Shown: piece after piece, positions 50,415-62,001 of the stretch
Layout of the letters: each line of letters begins with the position of its first letter
Position numbering within the stretch: position 1 is the first letter of the stretch
Assembly: GCA_963829965.1 (NCBI GenBank)
Contig: CAWHLK010000035.1
Coordinates: forward strand, 54,887 to 118,886
Length of the DNA: 64,000 bases
Reading direction: 5' to 3'
Source: an uncultured archaeon
Lineage (GTDB): Bacteria; Armatimonadota; Fimbriimonadia; Fimbriimonadales; Fimbriimonadaceae
The notes under the pieces: generated by a model
Database searches by the model: none
What the model was told of the DNA's origin: nothing
Seen by the model: the letters and a program-made list of their open reading frames with translations, nothing else
Program-made: the position numbers and the translations under genes

Positions 50415-51332
50415 ATGAGCCAGTCTGTCCAACCCAATCGCGAACCCGAGGTGGCTCCTGTCGGTCATTCGGGAGTCCGAGTCGAGATTCACGAGCGCCG
50501 AGCGTTGGCCATCAGCGGCTGGTTCGGCGTCCTCGTCGTCGCCGCCTGCGGCGTCGGGTCATATTTCATCAACAACAGCTCCAACAAGGTCGTCATCCTC
50601 GTGCCGATCATCGTGGCGTCGGTCATCTTGGCCTCTTTGACCATTGTGCAGCCCGGCCAGACGAAGGTCGTGCGGTTCTTCGGCCGTTACGTCGGCACCG
50701 TGCGCCGAAGTGGCCTTTGGTGGCTCCTGCCTCTGTCTGACCGGCGGAGCGTGAGCATTCGGGTCAGGAACTTCGAGACGAACCACTTGAAGGTCAACGA
50801 CGCTGACGGCAATCCCGTCGAGATCGCTGCCATTGTCGTCTGGCAGGTTGCCGACACCTCGCGTGCTCTCTATGCCGTGGACGACTATCTCAATTTCGTG
50901 CGTGTCCAGGCCGAGTCGGCACTGCGCCACGTCGCGACCACCCATCCGTACGACAACGCCGCGGACGACGGGCTGTCGCTTCGCGGCTCGACCGACATCG
51001 TTGCCGGCGAACTCGCCACAGAGATGGCCGAGCGCGTCTCCATTGCCGGAGTGGAGATCGTCGAGGTGCGCATCAGCCATCTTGCCTACGCGTCGGAGAT
51101 CGCCCAGGCCATGTTGCGCCGACAGCAGGCAAACGCAGTCGTCGCGGCCCGCTCTCGTATCGTCGACGGTGCGGTCGGAATGGTCGAAATGGCACTCGAG
51201 CGGCTGGCGGAGAGTGACATCGTCCAGCTCGACGAGGAGCGAAAGGCAGCAATGGTGAGCAATCTGATGGTCGTGCTATGCAGTGACCAACCCGCTTCGC
51301 CTGTCGTCAACGCCGGCACGCTCTACTCGTGA
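50415..51332 (+). CDS. SPFH/band-7 domain membrane protein
   Basis: GGAGGG RBS; N-terminal TM, then [22 protein letters not shown]...[25 protein letters not shown] core. Confidence 0.8.
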   Translation: MSQSVQPNREPEVAPVGHSGVRVEIHERRALAISGWFGVLVVAACGVGSYFINNSSNKVVILVPIIVASVILASLTIVQPGQTKVVRFFGRYVGTVRRSGLWWLLPLSDRRSVSIRVRNFETNHLKVNDADGNPVEIAAIVVWQVADTSRALYAVDDYLNFVRVQAESALRHVATTHPYDNAADDGLSLRGSTDIVAGELATEMAERVSIAGVEIVEVRISHLAYASEIAQAMLRRQQANAVVAARSRIVDGAVGMVEMALERLAESDIVQLDEERKAAMVSNLMVVLCSDQPASPVVNAGTLYS

Positions 51333-51335
51333 TCC

Positions 51336-51560
51336 GTGAATGACCGAAAGCAGGTCCTGCTGCGGATTGAGCCCAATGTTTACGACGCCCTAGCCCGGTG
51401 GGCGGCCGACGAGTTCCGGAGCACCAACGCCCAGATCGAGATGCTGCTGCGCCGAGCCCTCGACAACGCCGGGCGAATGCCGAAAAAGGCGGGACCATTA
51501 CCGAAACGGGGCCGGCCGCCGATCGATCACGGACTGCCGGGCAACCTCCCATCTACTTGA
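51336..51560 (+). CDS. ribbon-helix-helix (Arc/CopG-like) small DNA-binding protein
   Basis: [36 protein letters not shown] pattern. Confidence 0.45.
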   Translation: MNDRKQVLLRIEPNVYDALARWAADEFRSTNAQIEMLLRRALDNAGRMPKKAGPLPKRGRPPIDHGLPGNLPST

Positions 51561-52424
51561 CAAGCGCGACTATCTGAGGCGGTCCTCGGGAACGGGCCGC
51601 AGAGCACGCTCGGCGGAGCGTCCGGTCCCGATCTGGCACCCCCGGGATGAGATTGAGCTCGCCTACGCCATCAGCGCAGACAAAGAGTTCGGCATGCGGG
51701 CAAACGTCGCCGTTGGCGCGAGGAATCTCCAGCAGCACGCCCCCGTCAGAGAGCAACGAACACCATGCCGCAACGCTCGCCAAACATGACCTCCACGGCG
51801 TGTTGGCCGCCGATCCCACCCTGTCGGCCCCTTGTGTCAAGTGGACGATTGCCGGTGGCGACCCGCTGTCGGCGACCCGCCAAATTGCCGCGGCCTTCTG
51901 TAGCGGCCTCTTGGCGTCGGCGGAAATGGGACCGGTACCCGCTACGAATGCGAGGCAATCGCGCTGGGCTTGTCTTTAGGCACCCGTTGTTGTCGCCACC
52001 GGTGTGGTCCTGCATTACCAGGGCGACGTCTGCGGACCGCGTCGTCGCCGGCACTGGGCCGGAAATTGGCGGACAACCTGTTGCTGGTCTCATCTGAAGC
52101 TGAACCACCGAGACTACCGAAGGGCTCTTGGGTGAGGCCGGTTTGCGTGGGACGGTCCTCGCACCTAGACAGGGGTACGGGAGAGCAGTACCGTCCAAGT
52201 CGGACCTGGGTGACTCTCGTCATACAGTTGGTCACAGACGGCCCAGAAACGGGCGTGACTCGGTATCGCCAACACCAGTGGCTGAGATCAGAATTGGCTC
52301 ACTTTCAGGTCTGACGACGACCGACCCCGACTCGTTATCGCGGCAGCGGCGCTGAGGTGCTTCCTATGGCTCAGGTCACCCCCACCAGGCTGCCGCCTAA
52401 GCCGCCCAGTTAAGCTGCTGAGCG

Positions 52425-52985
52425 ATGCCAAACCGGGAGATGGAGGGGCGCTCCCCGCCAACTCGAGGCGCAAGGAGTGTCCGTTCCTACCTTCCCACGC
52501 GCCTAGTGCTCTTGGTTGCTGTGTTGGTTGGCACCGGCTTTGGAGTGGGCGATCAGTATCTGGGTAGCCTCACCGCCCTAGGAAGTTGGACAGAAACCTT
52601 GAGTCTGCTGTCTGCTCCATGGCTCGTGCTGCCGTTCGCCTTCGGTTGCAGCCAACCACGTCCCAGCCGGGCCGCGATAGCTGGTCTCGTCGCCAGTATG
52701 TCCGCTCTCGCTGGCTACTTCCTCATGATCATGGGGCCGTTCGAGGGGGGGCAATGGAACTTCACCCTCCGCGAGGCGCATGGCCTGCTCATGTCGAACA
52801 CGTTGAACATCGTCGGAGGTTTGGTGACCGGACCCCTTTATGGCTTTCTAGGACAACGCTGGCGGACTCGACAAGCCTGGATCAGTGCAGCGCTCGTGGC
52901 ACGTTCCCTCTGTCTGGAGCCGTTCGCGCTTACTCCCCGCGGGCAGGACTTTCGTAGGGGAGTCCACAGCTGTTTGGAAAGTTGA
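52425..52985 (+). CDS. hypothetical membrane protein
   Basis: hydrophobic 186-aa ORF. Confidence 0.3.
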   Translation: MPNREMEGRSPPTRGARSVRSYLPTRLVLLVAVLVGTGFGVGDQYLGSLTALGSWTETLSLLSAPWLVLPFAFGCSQPRPSRAAIAGLVASMSALAGYFLMIMGPFEGGQWNFTLREAHGLLMSNTLNIVGGLVTGPLYGFLGQRWRTRQAWISAALVARSLCLEPFALTPRGQDFRRGVHSCLES

Positions 52986-53495
52986 AGTCGTCGCCGGCGT
53001 TCGCCCTCGCGGGCTACTTCGTCATCGCAGGCAGGGCTTATCGACGACATCATTCAGGACTTCCGTCCCGTAGCTAATGCCTCACCTAAAGCGCTTTCCT
53101 CCAGATCCCCGTCGGCGTTGACGCGCGCCCTCGGTGCGACCCAAAGGGTCAATATGTGTGCCCCCGGCAGCGGCCACGAACGGCGCGATGCCAGCCAACA
53201 ACAGGAGGGCGCCCGGTAGCAGGGGAGCGTCGCACTGTCGACGACGCAGCTGCTCCCGTCGCTTCCCGCCGTCATGGTGGTTGGCCGGCGAGGTGCCGGG
53301 GTTCTTGGTCGTCGTGGTCGGCTTGGCCACAATCCCAGCCCTGTCGGCGGCCGCCAGTCGACGGCAAAGATTCTGCAGGCGGAACAGCCTTGACCACCTC
53401 CGCGCCGCCGACAGTGCTTTAATTGGATTCCCAATCATCTCCTTGGACCTACCCAAACCGACGGACAGGCGACTGGGGCCTCTCCGCGAGGCTGC

Positions 53496-54784
53496 TCAGT
53501 GAGCGACCTCCGGCCGTGTCGTCGGACGATCGTTGATTCTCATACCCGGCAAGAACAGAAAGCCAAGAATCACCACAGCTCCGAGCGTGCCCGCCAGCTC
53601 AAGGGTGGCGCTCACCCCAACGAGACGCACGACAAGGGGTGTCAGCACGTAGGAGAGCGGCATCAGCGCCGTGGACACGAACCAGTCGATACTGAGACGC
53701 GACCCAGCAGAATTGCTCGGCACGAGACGCTGCTTGAGTGTCGCCCAACCACGGTGCCGGCGGCTTCGAGAGCCCCCACCAAGAACACGAGCGCCCGCGA
53801 GCTGCCACTGCAGGGTGACCAGTCCGTAGCCCGCCACGAGGAAGTCGTCGCCCCCGTCCAGCCGCGTACAGAAGAGTGATCGGGCGGCGGGCCCGATCGC
53901 CGGTCTGCGGCGATGGCCGCCGCCAATCAGCGCGCCGAGGCCTCCGAGTCCGAGCACAATCCCGAGGGTGGCAGCGCTGCCATGCAGCCGGTTCTTGACC
54001 AGGTACGGAATCAGAACATAGGTAGGTCCAAGGAAGAGCAGGTAGGTGAAAGTAGCTGACACGAAGGTGCCCCAGAGCCATACCTGGCTCCGGACGTATC
54101 GCAAGCCCTCTCCGATGTCGGTCCATAGTGAGCGCGTTTGCGACCGGCACAACCACCGAGGCTGCGGAAGAGAGCCTGGCGACCAGCAGCCGGAAAAGAC
54201 GAACGAGAGCGCGGTCGAGTCCGAATGCGCTGGCGCTGCCGACCGTGGCGAGAAGCACGCCGCCAAGCGCCGGGCCAAGCAGTTGAAAGCGCGGCGGGGC
54301 GAGAAACTGGTCGAGCCCGTTGGCCTCCATCAGTCGCTCTCTTGGCACCAGCGTGGGCACGATGGCGTCGAAGGCCGGAGCCGGCGAACGCAGTCGCAGC
54401 CCCAATGACGAATGCCACCGCCCACAGTTCCCACAGGACCAGGTGCCCGAGCGACGAGAGCACGGCGAGGCTTGCTACCGCGAGGCTCGCGCTGCATCGG
54501 CGGCGACGAGCACCTCCGGCGCGGAAGACGATCTGAGACTGCCCCCCGAAAGAAGAAGAGCAACCTGAGGGGCCGAGGTTGCAAGACCTACGCCGGCAAG
54601 GGCTGGAGGGTCGGTCGTCGATTCTGTAGGCCTCCCACGCGACCGCCACGAGGAAGACGCCGTCGCCGAGGAGCGAGACGACAAGACCGGTCCACAACAG
54701 GCGGAAGTCACGGTGGCGTAGCGGTGCAAAGATCCCTATTCGACTGACCCGCTTCGCCGTCATGAGAGATTGCCGTCGCCGCAC
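53496..54784 (-). pseudogene. MFS transporter, frameshifted
   Basis: N-terminal FRLLWTGLVVSLLGDGVFLVAVAWEAY (ORF 54011..54784); C-terminal TM half in ORFs 53599..54405 and 53496..54278. Confidence 0.55.
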
Positions 54785-56098
54785 CGTGGCTCAGCTCTGG
54801 CGGTTGAGCCCGCTGCATCTCGAAGCGCTCGGCCAGCTCGCCCAGAACCTCGTTGAGCTGCTCGATCTCGTCGTCGCCGTTGGCCGCCGTCACCTGGACC
54901 CGGAAGCCGACCTGCGACCGGGGCACCAGAGGGTAGGCCGCGAGGGTCACGTAGATGCCCCGGTCGAAGAGGAACCGTCCGACGGCGTCGATATCGTCGG
55001 CGTTGCCGAGGGGAAGCTCGATGACCGGGAAGCCCGAGGTGTTCAGGGTGCGCAAACCGAGCTCCGCGATCCGATCGAGCACCCGCGCCGTCTTCCGGCA
55101 CAGGCGCCTGGCGGAGGTCGTCACCTTCGGCGTCGTTGACGCGGAAGCCGGCGAGAACCGTGGCGAGCGAGGCCGTCGGCGACGGGCCTGAGTAGAGATA
55201 AGGGCGCGGCGGCCACTTTCAAGTGGTTCTTCATCGAGGTCGGCAGCGCCAAGAAACGCGAGCAGCGACGAGTACGACTTGGAGAAGCCGGCGACCAGCA
55301 CGATGTTGTCGTAGGACTCGCCGAAGTAGCGGACGATGCTGTTGCCCCGCTGCCCGTAGGGCGCTGCCGGAGTAGGGGATTCGCCGATCACCCCGAAACC
55401 GTGGGCGTCGTCGACATAGAGAAGCGTGTCGTACTCCCGGCAGATGCGGGCATAGGCAGGCAGGTCGGGCACGTTGCCGGTCATGCTGTTGACGCCGTCG
55501 ATGCAGAACAGCGCGAGGTCCACCGGTGGGCAACGAGCGCAGGATCTCCTCCAGGTGACTCGTAGTCGTTCGCTCTGACGCGGAACGAGCTCGCGCCCGC
55601 TCCCCGGGCGATGGCGGCCCCTTCGTAGATGGTCTTGTGCGCCTGGGCGTCGACCAGCACGGTGCCCTGACCGGCAAGGGCCGGGATCATCGAAGTGTGA
55701 ATGATCGTGATCGTCGGGAGGACGAGGGAGTCGGGTGCTCCGAGCAGATCAGTGAGCTGCTCTTCGATCTCGACGTACAGGCCGGGGACTGCCGAGCAGC
55801 CGAGACCAACTTGGATGGGTGCCCCATCGCCAAAGCTCACGCGTCCACCGACTCGATGATCTCGGGATGCAGGTCGAAACCCAGGTAGTTGCAAGACGCG
55901 AAGTCGCAGAGCCAGTGATCTCCGATGCGGATCTTGCGGCCGTTCACCTCGTCTATGACGGCGTCCATCATGGGATGGGACGCTCGCAGCCGCTCGAGGT
56001 CCGCCCAGCGTGCGTCGCTTCGCAGCGACTTCTGACTCGCTGCGGATGCGGTGGCCGTTTGTGGCGGCCACATGCGATGTCGATGCCGAACCGTTCAT
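54708..56098 (-). pseudogene. class-II PLP aminotransferase of the 8-amino-7-oxononanoate synthase/KBL family, at least 2 frameshifts
   Basis: CNYLGFDLHPEIIESVDA, LGAPDSLVLPTITIIHTSMIPALAGQGTVLVDAQAHKTIYEG, LYVDDAHGFGVIG, GFSKS spread over three ORFs. Confidence 0.6.
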
Positions 56099-56269
56099 CG
56101 CAATGATTCCTCTCGCAGAGGGGTAGCGTTCGTAATCTGATTGGTCGTAGGAAGGCGGGACAGCAGGTCGTATCTGCTCCGGACGGAGGGGCTTTGCGAA
56201 GTAGAAACCCTGTCCAAGCTGGCACCAAGGGAACGAAGACCTTCCACTTGGTGAACCTGCTCGATGCCT

Positions 56270-59200
56270 TCACCGACGGTTTGCAAATGCAGAGTGTTTG
56301 CCTAGTTGGACGATGGCCTCTGCAAGTGCGCCGCTTTCTCGTGACTCGCCCACATCGTCAACGAAAGACTTGTCGACTTTCAAGATATCAATCGGGAAGC
56401 GCTTCAGGTAGCTGAGCGAGGAGTAGCCCGTTCCGAAGTCGTCAATGGCGAATGCCACGCCCAGCAGTTTGAGCTCGAGCATGCGGGCAATCACGGAATC
56501 GGCGTCCTGCATGAGCACACTCTCGGTGATTTCCAATACCAGGCTTGCCGGTTCCAGGCCCCCTGCTTTGAGGGCGCTTGCAACGTCCTCCACCAGGCCG
56601 TCGTGCGCGAAATGCCTGGCGGATATGTTCACGCTCATGTGAAACGCGTCGCTGAGCTTGTGATTCAGTTGCCACTGCCGAGCCTGTTGACAGGCCTCCC
56701 GAAGCACCCACCGTCCGAGCGGGATGATGAGGCCTGTCTCCTCGGCAAGAGGGATAACTCTTTCGGTAGCGAGGAGACCGCGTTCGGGATGATTCCAGCG
56801 GACCAGAGCCTCGACTCCGGTCGATGGTCGCCTTGCCGTCGAGGCTGACGATCGGTTGGTAGTGCAACGACGAATTCCTGTCCGTCCATGGCACGCTGCA
56901 GATCCGCTATTCGTTCCAGCCGCTCGCACCATGGCCTGCTGCAGTGCGGGCTGGTAAACCTCATAACGACCCTTGCCGCGGGACTTGGCTGAGTACATTG
57001 CTACGTCGGCTGCCTGAAGTAGCTCGGCAGGACCTTCGCTTCCCGCCGGGCTGAGGGCGATGCCGATGCTGGCATGCACCTGAACCTGGTGATCTTCAAC
57101 CGCCAGGGGTACGCGGAGCGCGACTGATCATGCGTTCTGCCACCTGACTGGCTTCCTCGAAGCCCGAGATCTCCTCGAGCAGGACTGCGAACTCGTCGCC
57201 TCCGAAGCGGGCCGCGGTGTCTCCGGCTCGTAGCGAGTCGATGAGGCGCCCGGCAACCGCGACCAGAAGATCATCGCCGGCTGAGTGTCCGAAGCTGTCG
57301 TTAACGAGCTTGAAGTCGTCCAGGTCAAGGAAGAGGACGGCCAATAAGGACTGCGATCGCGCGGCACGCGCCAACGCGTGCTCCAGCCGATCCAGGAACA
57401 GGGCGCGATTGGCAAGTCCACTCAGCGCGTCATGGAAAGCTTGGTGTTTGAGCTCTTCCTCAAGAGCCTTGCGCTCGCTTACGTCTCGCATCGTGAGCAC
57501 GATCCCCTCCACAGTCGGATCGGTCAGGAGGTTGTTCGCCACAACCTCCATGTGCCGCCACGATCCGTCGCTATGCCGGATGCGCCACTGGGTCGTGACC
57601 GACATGCCCGCTCGAAACGCGACTCCGGTGTAAACAGCCAGCGCTTGTTCGACGTCCTCAGGGTGCAGGAGCTTCGTGATCCTTTCGCCCTCAAGTGAGC
57701 CCGGCGTGTATCCGAGGGTTCTCGTTGCGGAAGGAGTTTGATAGGTGATCGTTGCGTCTGGTCGCGCGACGAGGATGACGTCGGAGGCATTCTGGACAAG
57801 TGTCTGGAAGCGAGCTTCGCTTTGGCGAGCGTGAAATGACTCCGTCAGCGCCTCGCGTTCAAGGGCCAGCTGTGCCTGCGCAGCAAGCGTTTCGATCGTG
57901 TTCGCCACCTCTTCTGGTAGCGCCTTGACGCTGCACACGGCGATCAACCCACGCAGTCCATCTTTGGCAAGGAGGGGGCAGATGGCGAATTCTTCCAAGG
58001 GCGCCGCGTTTGTCGGGCCTCCGGGCGAGCAAGCGGCCTCGAAGGCACAACGCGCCGTCTTGCCGCTGTTCAGAGACGTCCGCAGGTCCGCCCGCGACGC
58101 CATCAAGTCCAGAAGCTTGGCGCCAGCGTTGCCTGACTGCGCCACGACCACTAGACCGTTTGCCGCACTCGACACAGCAAAGGTCACGCCCAGGATGTCG
58201 TCGTGCCCGGAAACCAGATCGGTAACGGCAGTCGCGACAGCTTGATAGGTGCGATCGCGGCCGGACGCGGCGACCAGCTCGTCGGCCGCCTGACGCAGGA
58301 CTCTTTCTCGCTTCATGGCCTGTTGATGCGCCTGCACGAGACCGGCCATGCGCATGAGGACGAGAAGGAACATTGCGCCTGCGACCACCGCGATCACCTG
58401 GGCGTCGACTGGTTTGCCGAGCGCTGACTCGACCAGGAGGACGGCGGGTGCGATGAGCGAGACTGTCGCAAGGAGGATGAGCCGGGCGCGGCTCGTCCCT
58501 GGGATCCTGGCCGGTCTCGGCTCTGACAGCGCACGCATGGACGGATGCGCACGGCGGCTCCCCAGCAGGCGTAGAAGACGATCCAGCCGAGGTCGATCGG
58601 ATTGCCGTCGCTCCAACTCCAGTTCGGGTGCAGGTTGGCCAGCCCGTAGAGAGAGTCGGACATGAGCGTTCCCACAGCCCCGATGGCGAGCAGCCGGCCC
58701 GCTGTGTGGCGAAGGCCGCCTGAGCTCCACAGATGAGCCAGCATTGCGAGCAGAAGAACGTCCCCAAGTGGGTATGCCGCGGCAGTGAGCCTTACGAGCG
58801 TGCCTCCGGGAGCTCGCACGTTCGGACCGATAAGGAAGATCCATGAGAGAAGACCGACCCCGAGCGTGACAGTCAGTGAGTCGATAAGGCTCGCCTGGTC
58901 ACCGCCGCGCATTCACGCACGGGCGAGAAGCAGCAACCCGATAGCGAGAACCGGGTACATAGTCACGTAGATCGCATCGATGAACGACGGGAACGGTATG
59001 TTGTTCTGCCCGATGATCTGATGCCAGAACTTGTAGATCGCGTCACCGGTGATGAAGAGGAGCACTCCGCCACCCAGGAACCACCACGCAATCGGGGCGG
59101 TAGGCCGGTTGCGCCTGATCCCGTAGGCGATCGCCGTCACGGCTGATAGTCCCAGCAGCGTCCAGGCCGGAACCTGTCCCGGCCACTCCATCCAGGGAAG

Positions 59201-59377
59201 GAATCCCATGATCAGGGGCCGCCCTGTCGGGATCCCGAACGGGAAGTAGATCAGAGCGAAGAAGCCTTCAAGACCCAGGAACCAGAGCCACAAGGTCGAC
59301 GACGTTGTATGTGCGTCCGAAGATAGGGAGCTGTCACCAGCCCGCCCCCTCCCCTCGTGTGTCATGAGCAATGACAA
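56270..59377 (-). pseudogene. membrane sensor with PAS, GGDEF and EAL domains, fragmented by at least 3 frameshifts
   Basis: TM N-terminus (58913..59377, 58394..58912), PAS plus GGDEF (57096..58844: RFGGDEFAVLL), EAL (56270..57079: ALVRWNHP, EITES, IDDFGTGYSSLSYL). Confidence 0.65.
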
Positions 59378-60448
59378 CTGATCCCCTGACCTCGAAATCT
59401 TGCCAACACATATCGGCTGTTGCTATCTGCAACTTGAGTCTGATGCCGGGCGCGCCCAATGGGACCGGTTTCGGTCACGACATGAAGTTTGCGGACCGCT
59501 GCGGCGAAGCAAGCGGGATATCAGTGGTTATAACGGCAAATGGGCCACGTAACCTGCTTCAAAACGGTGCATGCGTCAGGGTCGGGGACCAAGCTGGCGC
59601 CTCGGTCCACCATGCGGATCGAGCTGTCTCAGCCCGTGATTTCGTCCCACGGTGACAGGTCAGAAGGGACTTCGCACGATCTAGTTGTCAGCAGGGAGTC
59701 AGTTCACGGCGACGAGGAGGATTCGGCACGCGGGTTTGTTGGGCCGTCGGATCGGGGAAGCGTCCCCAGCCCGGCGGTACTCCGCAACCGACCCTCCTTC
59801 GCTCGTTGCCCCTCTTGTGTTCCCCTCGTCAGGGTGAGATCAGCCTTATCGCGTCCGCCTCCATCACGGGGCGCCGACCTCTACGTGAGCGACTCGGGGA
59901 GTAACAACCCGTCCTGCACCTCTTTCTGCGCCCGTGCGCTTCGCGGCGGACTACGAGGGGCCAGGATCGTCACGATCAATGTCGGAGATTGCACCTTTGA
60001 CGAGCCGGCCGTCGATGTCTGAGGCGTCCCGGCGTTGGAGGACTCGCCATCGATGGCGCCGTCGCCCCGACCACCATCCTCGAGCGTTCGGCCCCGGGCT
60101 CCGACGTGTTCGTGATCGGCTCGACATTAACGATCGAGGACATATCCGATCGCCAGAGGTGACAGCCCGGCCGGCGGAGGAGCAGATGGCATTTGGGGCT
60201 CGGTGCTGAATCTGTTCGGCGGGGGACCCCGACGGCGGTGTGCACTCGAATAGTACAAAGATCCAGGTGGCCGGCACCATCGATCCGATGGTGCCGCGAC
60301 GAGTGGCGGGGGCGCTTTCACGCTGGGCGGGTTCAGCGCTGCTCGTGGACGACGCGTTCGCGGCGACCAGGTGATCTTCGGTAGTGGTCGTAATGTGGGA
60401 GTCCCGAGGGGCCGGAGCGATACCTTCGAGAACGACGGCCGGAGTGTA

Positions 60449-62001
60449 CTAAGGCGAAATCATCCTGACGTCGCGAGCTCCCTCGGCCGCGACATCTGAA
60501 TCGAACAGCGGCGCTTGCGTCTCATTCAGGCTGCGGGCAGGACGACGGTCGTCGTGCCGTCGTCGTTGATGTAGAGCTGGCAACCAAGAGCTCGTAGTTC
60601 GGAGAGCTTGCGTCGGGCGCGGACCGCTGGAGCGTTGCGTCGGTCGAACCAGTCGGGACCGAGGTCCAAGTAGGTGGCGTCGTCGCCGCGAGAACGTGCC
60701 AGCAGGCGACGAGGATCGAATGACCGACGGCCTTTCGAGCTCGTTGCTTGCCACGCCGGGGGCTGAGACGACGATATTGCGCGCGCGCAGATAGGTGTCT
60801 TTTGAACAGACTGCGGCCATCGCCGCGACAGCGAGGTGGCGCTGGAGCCAGCTGTCCCCGTGTCGAGCGGTCCCGCGCTTCTGCTTGCCCGCCGACTCGT
60901 GCTGGCCCGGGCACATCCCTGCCCAGCTGGCAAGGTGCGCCGCGGTCGGGAAGCGGCCCATGTCGACCCCGATCTCGCCGATGACCGCTTCGGCAATGCG
61001 ACGATCGATGCCAGGAATCGAACAGAGACGGTCCCGGGCCTCAGCAAAAGGGGCGATCGCCTCCTCGATGGCGGAGGTCATCCGTCCGATCGCCTCGTCG
61101 AGGTAGTCAAGATGGGAGAGGATCTCTGAGACCAAGACTGCGTGGCGGGGCCCGAAGCGCCCTTCGAGGGCGGTGCGCAGAGCCGGCAACTTAGAGCGCA
61201 ACTTGCCCTTCGCGAGATCGGCGAGCGCCGCGGGGTCCCGTGTCCCCTCCACGAGAGCGGCGAGCATTGCCCGGGAGGAGGCACCGAGGACGTCAGAGGC
61301 CACCGAGGAGAGCTTCACCCCGGCGTCTTGGAGGACCTTGTCGAGACGCTGGGCCTCACGGGTGCGTTCCTCGGCGAGCGTGCGCCGGTAGCGGGTGAAC
61401 TCGCGCAGATCGCGGATCTCTTTCGGCGCGACGAAGCTCGGCCGGACGAGCCCGTGCTCGGTGAGCTGGCAGATCCACTCGGCGTCGGCGATGTCGGTCT
61501 TCCTGCCTGGGACGTTGCGCATGTGACGGGCATTCAACAGCCAGCACTCCATGGCGTCCTCGAGAACGTAGAAGATCGGTTTCCAATAAACGCCGGTCGC
61601 CTCCATCGCGACACGGGTCACGTTGTAGGAGCAGAGCCAGTCCCGAAGGGCGAGCAGATCAGCCGTGAACGCCGAAAAGCTCGCGATCTCGGTCTTGCGC
61701 ACGCCATCGGGCCCGGGATGCCGGACACACGCGACGACGAGGTCCTTGTGCACATCGAGCCCGGCACAGCGTTCGACGACAAGTTCCATGGGACAACCTC
61801 CTTAGTGGTCATGGGATGCACCACGCCAGGAGGCCGAGAATCTGAAATCTAAGGCACGCGCTCAAAGCGGCAGTCATCGGTGCTCAGGGCCTCCACGTCA
61901 CGCTAAGCCACGGGCGCAAGGCACCAAGAACGCCCGACGTCGATGGCGTGCTGCCCTACAAGATTTCCCTACCTATCAGGTGGGCCGCCAGGCGCCCGGG
62001 C
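60449..62001 (-). mobile_element. IS110-family insertion sequence, copy 1 (transposase ORF 60449..61789, frameshifted C-terminus)
   Basis: DEDD N-terminus MELVVERCAGLDVHKD, MEATGVYW; C-terminal SIPGIDRRIAEAVIGEIGVDMGRF...WAGMCPGQHESAGK; canonical end DDATYLDLGPDWFDRRN lies in another frame. Confidence 0.85.

Noticed and set aside
57859-58767. 302-aa minus-strand ORF (Arg/Gly/Pro-rich) inside the PAS-GGDEF region
   Set aside because: Alternate frame of the sensor gene with no motifs; the GGDEF frame is the credible one.
59371-60440. ORFs 59540..60022 and neighbours between the sensor gene and IS110
   Set aside because: No motifs, poor start contexts; could be remnants of an IS-disrupted gene but nothing supportable.
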